Source: Clostridia bacterium (lineage in GTDB: Bacteria; Bacillota; Peptococcia; DRI-13; SM3-B62). Taken from it: a stretch of DNA of 64,000 bases. Shown in pieces: positions 55,296 to 64,000 of this stretch (positions are counted from its first letter, which is position 1; each line of letters begins with the position of its first letter). Where the stretch lies: contig JAHDQS010000006.1 in the NCBI GenBank assembly GCA_018433675.1, forward strand, positions 2,425 to 66,424, given 5' to 3'. The translations under genes were made by a program, and so were the position numbers. The notes below the pieces were generated by a model. It saw only the letters and a list, made by a program, of their open reading frames with translations. It had not been told where the DNA came from and searched no databases.

Positions 55296-56282
55296 CTATA
55301 TCTTCATAGCCGAACGAACCAGTTCCATCGTTATTTGCGCCTTTGTACGAGCTCTGTCTGCCCCATCAGCTAATACTTCATTGATAATACTCGGATTTTT
55401 TGCATACTGTTGGCGTCTTTCACGGATAGGAGCTAATTCCTTTTCTAACACCTCAGCTAACTTTTTCTTACAGGCTACACAACCGATTGTACCCGCACGA
55501 CAGGAAGACCGTATTTCCTCGACTTCTTCGGGATTGTAGATGCTCTGATAAGTGTGAACAATACACACATCAGGATTGCCCGGATCACTTTTTTTAATCC
55601 TGGCGGGATCGGTAACCATCATTTGCACCTTTGCCATAATTTCTTCCCTGGTAGCATCCAGTGGAATGTCATTGTTATAGCTCTTGCTCATTTTTCGACC
55701 ATCCACACCAGGTAACAACGATACCTTAGAAAGCTTGGCCTGGGGTTCAGGTAAAACATCAGTCTGATACAAATAATTAAAACGGCGGGCGATTTCCCGG
55801 CAGAATTCTATATGAGGAAGCTGATCTTCGCCTACAGGCACAGTATCCGCCCGATAAACAAGAATATCCGCAGCCATTAGAACCGGATAACCCAAAAAGC
55901 CGTACGTCGAAACGTCTTTCCCCTGACTGCCAAGCTGTTGGATCTGATCCTTATAGGTAGGCACCCTCTCCAGCCACGAAAGGGGAGTAAGCATAGAAAG
56001 AATCATATGCAGCTCCACATGTTCCTTAACGTGAGACTGAATAAAGATTGGACTCTTGTTCGGATCAAGACCTACGCTTAACCAATCAAGACACATCAAA
56101 GCGATGTTCTTGTTTAAATCCTCTGTTTTGTCAAAATTCGAGGTCAAAGCATGCCAATCTACAATACCAAAGTTGCATTCATATTCGTCCGAAAGCTTTA
56201 ACCAGTTTTCCAGAACACTCAGATGCCCTACGTGTAACCTACCGGTAGGACGCATGCCGCTGAAAATCACCCCTTTTTTCAT
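55296..56282 (-). CDS. trpS: tryptophan--tRNA ligase
   Basis: The start is trimmed to ATG at 56282 (MKKGVIFSGMRPTGRLHVGH), after AGGAGGG. HIGH-like HVGH and KMSKS motifs are present. Confidence 0.9.
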   Translation of the reverse strand: MKKGVIFSGMRPTGRLHVGHLSVLENWLKLSDEYECNFGIVDWHALTSNFDKTEDLNKNIALMCLDWLSVGLDPNKSPIFIQSHVKEHVELHMILSMLTPLSWLERVPTYKDQIQQLGSQGKDVSTYGFLGYPVLMAADILVYRADTVPVGEDQLPHIEFCREIARRFNYLYQTDVLPEPQAKLSKVSLLPGVDGRKMSKSYNNDIPLDATREEIMAKVQMMVTDPARIKKSDPGNPDVCIVHTYQSIYNPEEVEEIRSSCRAGTIGCVACKKKLAEVLEKELAPIRERRQQYAKNPSIINEVLADGADRARTKAQITMELVRSAMKI

Positions 56283-56301
56283 CCACAAACCCTCCTGTAT
56301 A

Positions 56302-56937
56302 CTAGAACCCCCCCGCAATAACCCCGCCTATCGATAGTAACATGTTTATCACTTTATAGGCGAAGGTGCCGAGTATCCTGCTTGTTGCACCACTCATAAT
56401 CAACACTATCAGTATTATTGGTCCGTATGATTCCAACTGGTAGTAATACCTGTGCATATTCCGCGGTAAAAATCCTCTCAGGATTTTAGACCCATCCAGC
56501 GGCGGCACAGGAATAAGATTAAACAATGCCAGATAAACATTATATATTAAAAGTAAACTTAATAATGTTTCAACAAAACCCCCCGGCGCAAGACGCGAAC
56601 TAAATAGATTGTACAATATGGCACAGCACAGCGCAACAATTATGTTGGACACGGGGCCGGCTACGGCCACCAGCATCATCCCTCGGGTCCGGTCGCCCCG
56701 AAAATTCAGCGGGTTTACCTGTACCGGCTTAGCCCAACCGAATCTGGCTATTATCATCATCACCAAACCGAGGATATCAATATGGGCCAAAGGATTTAAT
56801 GTAAGCCTGCCCTGCATGCTCGGTGTAGGGTCCCCTAAGTAGTGAGCCACAAGGCCATGAGAGAATTCGTGTATTGATATGGTAAACAAAATTGCCGGTA
56901 TTAACACCGCAAGATAGGAAATATTTAAATCAAACAT
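56302..56937 (-). CDS. site-2 protease family (M50) membrane metalloprotease
   Basis: 211 aa polytopic protein with the HEFSHG (HExxH) motif in the first TM region. Confidence 0.75.
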   Translation of the reverse strand: MFDLNISYLAVLIPAILFTISIHEFSHGLVAHYLGDPTPSMQGRLTLNPLAHIDILGLVMMIIARFGWAKPVQVNPLNFRGDRTRGMMLVAVAGPVSNIIVALCCAILYNLFSSRLAPGGFVETLLSLLLIYNVYLALFNLIPVPPLDGSKILRGFLPRNMHRYYYQLESYGPIILIVLIMSGATSRILGTFAYKVINMLLSIGGVIAGGF

Positions 56938-58141
56938 TGTTTTCCTCCTCTAAAAAAAACTTGGCTAAAGCTATCCCTTCCTCTTGGGTATGAAACATAC
57001 CTCTCGCATAACACTCTTCCAGCCTTCTGATGAGTTCCCCCATTCTCGGTCCCGTTTCTACCCCTATCTTCATTAAAGAATCGCCATCGACGGGCATCCG
57101 GTAGGACTTTGCCTTGTACCGAAATTCCTCCCAGGTTAAACCTTCTTCTCCATAATGTCGGTAGATGTAATACAAACCTTCCAGCGACAAACCGCTTATA
57201 ACCTGAAGAAATCCTCGATGAGAACTTTTAGTAATATCCCCTCTATACTTATCGGCTACCCTCAAAGCATCGTACAGGGCCTGAAAGTCCTTTTTGGCAA
57301 AGCCCCAGAAGTCAGCCAAAACAAGCAACGATTCTGTTCTGCCGTCTAATATTTCCAGTAATACCAGTTTCCAAACCTGTAGGTCTTCCGGCAGGTGCCC
57401 TTTTAATAATTCCTCGCAATTAGTGATAGCTTCCGGTACAAACTGAACACTTTTAAAAAAGCTGTGCCAACCACCTTCTCTGTAAATATCCCAAAGTATT
57501 TCTGTAATTTCTTTTTCCTGGCATATAGCCAGCCATTCCTTCATTCTACGTGCCGGTGAGACACGTTCTAAATAAGAGCAATCACGTCGCAACCAGATGG
57601 CCGTTGCTTCTTCTAGAAAAAAGCCTAACCTGTTTTTGAAGCGCAAAGCCCTTAAAATACGGGTAGGATCATCGCGGAAACTATTGCCATGAAGTGTACG
57701 GATCACTCCGTCAGCAAGGTCCTTCCTCCCTCCCGCAATATCAAGCATATCTCCCCAACCATCTTTTGTCAAAGGAACGGCCAAAGCATTGATTGAAAAA
57801 TCACGCCTGTTTAGGTCTTCCTGCCACTTCGCCGGAAATACACGGGGAAGTGCACCGGGAGTGTCATAAATTTCCTTGCGAGCACAAGCCAAGTCGATTG
57901 TTCCCCATTTAGTTTGCAAGGAAGCTGTTAAAAGCTTTTTATTCACAACCGGGCGGCACATTAGTTTCACAGCTAACAGTTCTACGAATGCTGTCGGATC
58001 TTCTTCGCACATAAAATCATAATCATTGCTTACCTTGTTTAACAAACAATCCCGAACCGAACCGCCGACAAGAAATACCCTAACCCGACCGTTTCCAAAA
58101 ATATCCCGCATCACACCAATTAGAGCATTTTCCGGAAACAT
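56930..58141 (-). CDS. CCA-adding enzyme / poly(A) polymerase family nucleotidyltransferase
   Basis: 403 aa with VGGSVRD, a DYDF motif and RRDFSINA. Confidence 0.75.
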   Translation of the reverse strand: MFPENALIGVMRDIFGNGRVRVFLVGGSVRDCLLNKVSNDYDFMCEEDPTAFVELLAVKLMCRPVVNKKLLTASLQTKWGTIDLACARKEIYDTPGALPRVFPAKWQEDLNRRDFSINALAVPLTKDGWGDMLDIAGGRKDLADGVIRTLHGNSFRDDPTRILRALRFKNRLGFFLEEATAIWLRRDCSYLERVSPARRMKEWLAICQEKEITEILWDIYREGGWHSFFKSVQFVPEAITNCEELLKGHLPEDLQVWKLVLLEILDGRTESLLVLADFWGFAKKDFQALYDALRVADKYRGDITKSSHRGFLQVISGLSLEGLYYIYRHYGEEGLTWEEFRYKAKSYRMPVDGDSLMKIGVETGPRMGELIRRLEECYARGMFHTQEEGIALAKFFLEEENNV

Positions 58142-58212
58142 ACCCGTTACCCCCAGAGGTAATTATTTCATATTATATCACAAAGGCGCACAGACAAGGT
58201 TTAAGTTGCATT

Positions 58213-58239
58213 AAAAAAAGCCGGGTTATCTCCCGGCTC
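58213..58239 (-). terminator. rho-independent terminator after lysA
   Basis: Minus strand GAGCCGGGAGAUAACCCGGCUUUUUUU. Confidence 0.8.
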
Positions 58240-58253
58240 ATTCTCCTCGCTGC

Positions 58254-59600
58254 TCACCTGCTAACGGTTCGCAACTGTTTGCCGTTATCCCACAACCTTT
58301 CTGGGACAACGTCATTTCTGATCAAATCCTCATAAGTTTCTCCGGCAACTATTATTTCAGCCTTACCATTATCTACCAAAACCACAGCCGGTCGAGGCAG
58401 ACGATTGTAATTGCTGGACATCGAATAATTGTAGGCACCAGTTGACGCGACAGCTAAGATATCGCCGCTTTCCATTTTTGGCAAGTTAATATCCCATATC
58501 AGCATATCACCTGATTCACAGCACTTACCCGTTATCGACACCATTTCCTCAGGCGAAGCATCGGCTTTATTTGCTACTATGGCCTCATACTTTGCCTGAT
58601 ACAAGGCCGGACGCGGATTGTCTCCCATGCCACCGTCAACGGCAACATAATTCCTTATTCCGGGAATATGCTTAATTGAACCAACGGTATAGAGAGTTGT
58701 TCCTGCCGTACAGGAAATTGACCGTCCCGGTTCAATTATGACTTTGGGAATTTGCAGCCCCATCTTTTCCGCCTGCTGGGCAACAGTACCCAAAATAACA
58801 TCAGCGAACTCGTTGATAGGTACGGGCTGATCCCCCTCCTTATAGTAAACGCCAAAACCTCCACCCAGGTTTAATTCGGCAATACCTATCCCCAGGTTGT
58901 CCTTGATTTGCTTGACAAATCCCATCATCACCTCAGCCGTATGACGGAATGATTCTATTTCGAATATTTGTGATCCTATATGACAATGAAGTCCTTCCAA
59001 ATCGACGTTCTTTGCAGCATACGCCATTTTTACCATATCCAGCGCCTGTCCGGTGGCTATTGCCATTCCAAATTTAGAGTCGATCTGTCCGGTCTTAATA
59101 TATTCATGTGTATGAGCTTCGATCCCTGGTTGGATGCGAAGAAGGATTTTTATCTTCTTTTTACACTTTTCTGCTGCATCTTCAAGGATGGCCAATTCAT
59201 GCGGATTATCAACAACAATGCGGCCTATATTACTTTTTAAAGCATATTCGATTTCTTCCTGTGATTTGTTATTGCCGTGAAAATAAATACGCTCGGCCGG
59301 AAAACCTGCCTTCATTGCTGTATATAACTCCCCGCCGGAGACCACATCCAGCCCCAGTTTTTCCTGGGCTATTATCCTGGCCATCGCCAGATTAAAAAAA
59401 GCCTTGCTCGCGTAAATAACCTCGCTTTGCGGATATTTTGCCATAAAGGCTTGATAATATTCACGGCACACATTTCGTAAATGCTCCTCATCCATCACAT
59501 ACAAGGGTGTACCAAATTCCTTAACCAATTCTACAGTATCACAGCCTCCTATCGTAAGGTGTCCTTTTTGGCTTATTTGCATAGTACCGTGCATCTTCAT
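58254..59600 (-). CDS. lysA: diaminopimelate decarboxylase
   Basis: 448 aa. It has a PLP-dependent Orn/DAP/Arg decarboxylase fold (YASKAF, GGGFGV, CESGD). Confidence 0.9.
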   Translation of the reverse strand: MKMHGTMQISQKGHLTIGGCDTVELVKEFGTPLYVMDEEHLRNVCREYYQAFMAKYPQSEVIYASKAFFNLAMARIIAQEKLGLDVVSGGELYTAMKAGFPAERIYFHGNNKSQEEIEYALKSNIGRIVVDNPHELAILEDAAEKCKKKIKILLRIQPGIEAHTHEYIKTGQIDSKFGMAIATGQALDMVKMAYAAKNVDLEGLHCHIGSQIFEIESFRHTAEVMMGFVKQIKDNLGIGIAELNLGGGFGVYYKEGDQPVPINEFADVILGTVAQQAEKMGLQIPKVIIEPGRSISCTAGTTLYTVGSIKHIPGIRNYVAVDGGMGDNPRPALYQAKYEAIVANKADASPEEMVSITGKCCESGDMLIWDINLPKMESGDILAVASTGAYNYSMSSNYNRLPRPAVVLVDNGKAEIIVAGETYEDLIRNDVVPERLWDNGKQLRTVSR

Positions 59601-59644
59601 GTGCTCAACCCTTTCAATAAAAAAATATTAAACAAAAATAGATG

Positions 59645-59891
59645 AAAAAACAGCCCGAGGTTTTCTCCGCTGTTACTAGTCCAACACCCTCTTTTCCCCA
59701 GTTTGAGATAGTTCTCCCCCGGGTAAATGGGATTTACCCGGCGACAGTTCCGTACCTATTTGGCACGGACCCAGCATAAAGGCTCGGCAACCTTTACACT
59801 TCGGCGGAGATTCCTTTCAGCACGGCTCATTACAGCCACATTCCCCGGCTTACTCTTAACGCGCATTCTCAGCAAATTGCGCAACTCCGCG
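59645..59891 (-). promoter_or_regulatory. L-box lysine riboswitch with terminator
   Basis: The minus-strand RNA carries the conserved L-box blocks: GGAGUUGCGC, AAGAGUAAGCC, CUGAAAGGAAUCUCCGCCGAAG, GCUGGGUCCGUGCC and GGAACUGUCGCC. A CCGGGUAAAUCCCAUUUACCCGG hairpin follows, then CAGCGGAGAAAACCUCGGGCUG plus UUUUUU (59645-59672). The element lies upstream of lysA. Confidence 0.75.
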
Positions 59892-59941
59892 ACCACTACC
59901 CCACCTTGAAAAGATGAGGCAATTATCATATTTTCCCTGAT

Positions 59942-59970
59942 ATTTTAACATATTGATGCTACTCGGTCAA
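59942..59970 (-). promoter_or_regulatory. candidate promoter of the lysA leader
   Basis: The minus strand reads TTGACC (59970-59965), a 17 nt spacer, then TAAAAT (59947-59942). Confidence 0.5.
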
Positions 59971-60289
59971 GCAAGCCCTGCCTTTTGTGTGTTTGTCCTG
60001 TGACCTGTGATGATGAAGTTCAAAACTTAACTGTTTAATAAGTTCTCTGTTTGGCTTAAAGGTGCAATACAGTGGTTCAATTTATGATGGTGAGGTGTTG
60101 GAGCATTTACCACCAAAGAAAGTCATTCCTAGACAGTTAAGGTTACCTCGTAAAGCTGTTGCTCCCGCTGAAAATTACCCTTGGCGGACTAAATCTACTA
60201 CTTTTCCCATTTTTGTCTATGATGAATCAGATCGCGAAATCCTTGATGCTCTGTTTAGTTCCAGACTTGCATGGCGATAAAATCTATTT

Positions 60290-60560
60290 ATGCTTCTCAC
60301 CGTCGCCCCTCGCCCGTTATATATTAGCCCATGCTGTCAAGGGCAGCCACCACTTTAAAATACTTTTACCTGAAATGCAGGTGACATTATTTTTTTCTGT
60401 GTTCATTCCTATTTTCTTAATGAATATAATCCGATAGTCCGGTACTGCTATGTGTCGTTGTTGTTTCCCAAGTTCTTTTCCGGCCTCTGAAGGTCTTTTC
60501 TTGAATACTTCAGAGGCTCGTTTGAGGAACTCTTGCTTCCAGCGACTGATTGCTCATAAC
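60290..60560 (-). pseudogene. degenerate IS3-family OrfA-like transposase fragment
   Basis: One minus-strand frame reads AISRWKQEFLKRASEVFKKRPSEAGKELGKQQRH...KKIG. This resembles the leucine-zipper region of IS3-type OrfA proteins. It has no start codon and no HTH part, and it is bounded by an upstream TGA. Confidence 0.3.
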
Positions 60561-60609
60561 TGACACTACACTATTTCTAAAATCCAAGTACAGATGAGGG
60601 TGTTTCTTC

Positions 60610-61521
60610 TTAAATTACCTGCAAATGGTCCAGTACCTTCGTGACAATACTAAGCGCAATATGCTCCTGGGCCTCCACAGTCCCTGCTCCTATATGAGGG
60701 GTAGCAATGAAGTTATCCAGTTCAAAAAGTTTTGACTCTCCCGGCGGCTCTTTTTCCATAACGTCAACTGCCGCTCCTGCCAGATGACCGCTCTTTAATG
60801 CTTCATACAAAGCTTCTTCATCAACAACTCCACCACGTCCCAGGTTGAGGATGAATGAACACGGTTTCATGATTTCAATCTCTTTTCTTCCGATCAAATG
60901 GTAGGTTCCTTTGGTCAGTGGCGCATGAATGGAGATAATGTCTACTCTCTTTAACAATTCGTCAAGTTCTAATAGTTCAATGTTCATTTGCTCGGCAATT
61001 TTAGGATCCAGGAAGGGATCATAAGCTATCACTTTCATACCAAAGGCCTGACAAAACCCGGCTACCCGCGAGCCAATCTTGCCAAGTGCTATTATCCCCA
61101 TGGTCTTGCCTTTTAGTTGATTCCCAGGGAACCCGTGTTTATCCCATTTTTGGTTTCTGGTAGCATAAGAGGCTGCACTCACTTTCCTCACTATGTTCAG
61201 CATAAGTGCTATAGTCAGTTCTGCTACTGAATCATTACTGCCATCTGCTACATTGTACACTCCAATCCCTTTTTTCTTGGCGTATTCCACATCTACATGA
61301 TTTAGTCCTATGCCTGCCATACCTATAGCCTTAAGGTTACATCCGGCATCCATTAGTTCTTTGTCTATTGGAGTATCTGCTCGAATGATCATGGCATCGT
61401 ATTCTTTGATACAGTTTAGGAGTTCTTCTCTTTTAATCCCATATTTAATATCTGCCTGGACATGTTTTTCTATTAGTTTTATCCCGGCTTCATGTACTTT
61501 TTCTGTAATAATGATTTTCAT
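60610..61521 (-). CDS. D-isomer-specific 2-hydroxyacid dehydrogenase (phosphoglycerate dehydrogenase-like)
   Basis: 303 aa with the NAD motif GIIALGKIGSRVA and the catalytic region LNLGRGGVVDE...TPHIGA. Confidence 0.8.
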   Translation of the reverse strand: MKIIITEKVHEAGIKLIEKHVQADIKYGIKREELLNCIKEYDAMIIRADTPIDKELMDAGCNLKAIGMAGIGLNHVDVEYAKKKGIGVYNVADGSNDSVAELTIALMLNIVRKVSAASYATRNQKWDKHGFPGNQLKGKTMGIIALGKIGSRVAGFCQAFGMKVIAYDPFLDPKIAEQMNIELLELDELLKRVDIISIHAPLTKGTYHLIGRKEIEIMKPCSFILNLGRGGVVDEEALYEALKSGHLAGAAVDVMEKEPPGESKLFELDNFIATPHIGAGTVEAQEHIALSIVTKVLDHLQVI

Positions 61522-61613
61522 TGCTTTTTATTCCCCCTTATAGAAATTTTCGACCCTTTTTTGTTTAATTGTTCTTAATGCTACGATATTAGCTACGATT
61601 TCTTTTCAAACTG

Positions 61614-62477
61614 CTATATACCCAATAACCAAGCCGGATTATGCCTGGCCATCATTTCAATTTCCTGACAACTCAGATCAAGCTCCCTGAGTTTTTGTAT
61701 ATACTCCGCAAATCCTTCCACAGGACGTATGCTTGCGGCATGACCTAAATCAGTGGAAATAACACATGATTCAGCACCAATTTCTTTTATCGCCTCGACA
61801 TATTTTTCTATAGTGCTGGCCTTCCAGTGTTCAGTAATCCAGAGATAAGCCTTTTCTATTAAAACTCCTTTTTTGGCAAACTCCTTTTGTACACTTATGC
61901 TTATACTGTTCAAACCTGCTTCAGGATGATTAAGCAGTATTTTTTTTAGCCCCATTTTCAATGCTTCTTCGATGAGTTTTGTACTCTCTTCCAATGATAG
62001 GTGTGACGTTGCTATACAAATTTCATTATCTCTGGCAATCTCGATTATTTCTTTTACTTCGGTCTTTATTTTTCCGTTGTCATCTAGAACTGATTGCGCC
62101 TGTAAAGGTCTCATTACAGCAGATGTCATTTGTGTATACTGACTTCTGCCATAGTATTTTAAATGGTTTTGTGCCGATATGGTCGGCATCCAGATCACTC
62201 TGGCACCTAGTTTCTGCGCACAGTCTACCGCATCAGGATTAAAACCGCCCACAAATGAATTCAATACTATGGAACCATACAGGATGTTCTTATTTAAACG
62301 TGTATTCACCAGACTAGCCCGAAATACACTGCTCCCTTCATGGGCTTTCAACACCACGGCTTTCATCTTTTCTTTCTCTGCTTCTTCAGCCAGCATGAAA
62401 TCATTTACTGAACGGGGAAATAACCCGGGTTCAGAATGAACATGTATATCGATGCAATCCCTCAGTATTTCATACAA
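61614..62477 (-). CDS. putative metal-dependent TIM-barrel hydrolase (amidohydrolase-like)
   Basis: 287 aa. The N-terminal IDIHVHSEP is a metal-binding H-x-H motif. The family call is by eye only. Confidence 0.4.
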   Translation of the reverse strand: MYEILRDCIDIHVHSEPGLFPRSVNDFMLAEEAEKEKMKAVVLKAHEGSSVFRASLVNTRLNKNILYGSIVLNSFVGGFNPDAVDCAQKLGARVIWMPTISAQNHLKYYGRSQYTQMTSAVMRPLQAQSVLDDNGKIKTEVKEIIEIARDNEICIATSHLSLEESTKLIEEALKMGLKKILLNHPEAGLNSISISVQKEFAKKGVLIEKAYLWITEHWKASTIEKYVEAIKEIGAESCVISTDLGHAASIRPVEGFAEYIQKLRELDLSCQEIEMMARHNPAWLLGI

Positions 62478-62502
62478 AATTATCTCCCCTTCTATACTGA
62501 AA

Positions 62503-64000
62503 TTAATGAACTAAAGGCTTATAAAAGGCTGTTCTTCTTGATTGAACCAGTTTTTCTTGGTTAAACCACCAATCAGCTTGAATTGTAGAAAATCTCATCA
62601 CAAGAGCATCTCTTTTTTCAAGTGTTACCACAGGCTGGTCTAATCCATAAAGCGGGTCTAAAGTAAACAGAGCACTTCCGCCAAGATAGTTATTCTCAGT
62701 ACCTGTAAAGTTGGAAACTATAGTATATGCTTGAGAACTCATTGCTATAGAATCCCATAAACACATAGAACCATCGGGGTATCTGTTTGCAGAAATATCT
62801 TTGTTTATTTGCAATTCTTTCCCATACTGTAAGTCCCAACTGGTCGGAATAGTAATAATATCTGCTCTATTTACCATCATCACCCCTGCAACCTCAGGAA
62901 ACAACGCATCATATCCAATCATTATTCCTATTTTCCCTAAATCAGTTTCAAAAACTTTTATCTCATCACCCTGCGTTGCCCATGATTTATCTGATTCATT
63001 TAAATGTGTTTTCCTATACTTGCCTACCACTTCTCCTTTTGGTTCAACAAGTATTGCAGAATCATACAACTTATCCCCTTCTTTTTCGATCATTCCAAAG
63101 ACAATATGTACTTCATTTGTCGCTGCCAATTCTTTAAATGTTTTTACAGTAGCACCATCTAAAGTTTCGGCAAATATGTTTATTTCATTTAACTCTGCGA
63201 CAGGACCTGTCAACGCTAACTCAGGTAAAACTATTAAATCTAATTTTGTGCCCTCTTTTTCTGCCTTTATTAACGCATCATTAATCAATTCTTTTATTAT
63301 TGTAGTGTTGGCTTCTTTGTCACCTATAACAGGCTCATATTGGAGTGCGGCCGCTGTTATATCATTCTCAGTCGTGTTTTTTGTATAATCCCACGGAGCA
63401 ATATAAAGCATTAAATCCTGATAAAGCTCCGTTCTTCTCTCATTTAATCTTTCCTTAGCCGCATTTTCATAATGAGATGGGTTAATTTCCGCATAGACTA
63501 TAGTTGGTTCATCTATATCTTCTTCTTCTTTTGCCACATATTTTGCTTCTACTAATTTTTCTCCTGCTGGAGACCATACTGCACTAGCTCCAATCATATG
63601 AAATCCATTTTCAGTATTTGACCTATTAGCACTAACTATATATAAACCGTTCTGTTCGGCTCTTGCTTGAAGCGCAGATATCGCTTGTGCAGAAGAATTA
63701 GTAGGAAAGGCAAGTATATCAGCCCCATTCACTGCAGCTAATCGAGCTGACTCAAAATAAGCTGAATCCATACAAATATTAATTGCAATCTTCCCAATTT
63801 CTGTATCATATACAGGTACCCCAAGGTCTCCCCAAGCCGCCCAATGTTCTTCAGTTTCCCACTGATGCATTTTCCTATACTTACCTATGTATCCTTCAGG
63901 ACCTATAAGAGCTGCTGCATTATAATATATGCCTGTTTCACTATCAACTTCAGGCAATCCTACAACTATGTAAGTGTGATATTCTTTTGCAACTTCTGTA
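62503..64000 (-). CDS. tandem carbon-nitrogen hydrolase (nitrilase superfamily) domain protein, 5' end beyond window
   Basis: The frame stays open upstream of the track start to the window edge (TEVAKEYHTYIVVGLPEVDSETGIYYNAAALIGPEGYIGKYRKMH). There are two CN-hydrolase-like halves, each with YRK.H and a conserved Cys-containing strand (INICMDS in the first half; no Cys at the equivalent IMIGYDA strand of the second). Confidence 0.75.
   Translation of the reverse strand, partial: TEVAKEYHTYIVVGLPEVDSETGIYYNAAALIGPEGYIGKYRKMHQWETEEHWAAWGDLGVPVYDTEIGKIAINICMDSAYFESARLAAVNGADILAFPTNSSAQAISALQARAEQNGLYIVSANRSNTENGFHMIGASAVWSPAGEKLVEAKYVAKEEEDIDEPTIVYAEINPSHYENAAKERLNERRTELYQDLMLYIAPWDYTKNTTENDITAAALQYEPVIGDKEANTTIIKELINDALIKAEKEGTKLDLIVLPELALTGPVAELNEINIFAETLDGATVKTFKELAATNEVHIVFGMIEKEGDKLYDSAILVEPKGEVVGKYRKTHLNESDKSWATQGDEIKVFETDLGKIGIMIGYDALFPEVAGVMMVNRADIITIPTSWDLQYGKELQINKDISANRYPDGSMCLWDSIAMSSQAYTIVSNFTGTENNYLGGSALFTLDPLYGLDQPVVTLEKRDALVMRFSTIQADWWFNQEKLVQSRRTAFYKPLVH

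Noticed and set aside
56283-56301. I looked for a T-box leader upstream of trpS.
   Set aside because: The gap to the upstream M50 protease gene is only about 20 nt, so trpS is co-transcribed without a leader.
60062-60280. A 72-aa plus-strand ORF (MQYSGSIYDGEVLEHLPPKK...).
   Set aside because: It has no RBS, no recognisable motif, and lies in a degenerate region next to an IS-like remnant. It is not called as a gene.
1-64000. A scan for CRISPR arrays, tRNA or rRNA genes and intact mobile elements.
   Set aside because: I saw no regularly spaced direct repeats, no tRNA-like T-arm/acceptor patterns in the intergenic regions, no rRNA-like segments, and no intact transposase or integrase ORF.

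Overview
This 64 kb window looks like chromosome from a spore-forming Bacillota (Clostridia-like) organism, and most genes are on the minus strand. All calls come from reading the sequence and ORF translations by eye. No database search was run, and RNA-element coordinates are approximate.

**Core backbone**
- Positions 4.4-12.6 kb hold the conserved ylq/rplS block: yraN, rnhB, ylqF, rplS, trmD, rimM, ylqD, a KH protein, rpsP, ffh and ylxM.
- Further core genes are korDABC, fni, an ispH-S1 fusion, plsC, cmk, aroH, rluB, spmAB, ytfJ, scpAB, trpS and lysA.

**Accessory content**
1. A secreted beta-helix protein sits behind a candidate c-di-GMP-II riboswitch (about 2.6-2.7 kb).
2. A KdpD-like/KdpE pair lies next to ktrBA instead of kdpFABC.
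3. Two tandem paralogous E1 alpha/beta dehydrogenase pairs have no E2 or E3 nearby (31.2-35.8 kb).
4. The most interesting item is a small-peptide gene followed by five translationally coupled radical-SAM genes (36.1-42.1 kb). They comprise one SPASM enzyme, one B12-binding enzyme and three paralogous truncated-SPASM enzymes. This looks like a RiPP pathway that I cannot assign to a named class.
5. A complete Malonomonas-type, biotin-dependent, Na+-pumping malonate decarboxylase locus spans 42.1-52.6 kb. Its gene order is B-A-E-C-D-H-K-F-L-M-G.
   - A HutP-family gene with an AG-rich leader and intrinsic terminator sits directly in front of madA.
   - A second promoter-leader-terminator unit sits in front of madB.
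6. An L-box lysine riboswitch precedes lysA.
7. A degenerate IS-like remnant is followed by a small hydrolase/dehydrogenase cluster at the 3' end.

No rRNA, tRNA or CRISPR array was seen.
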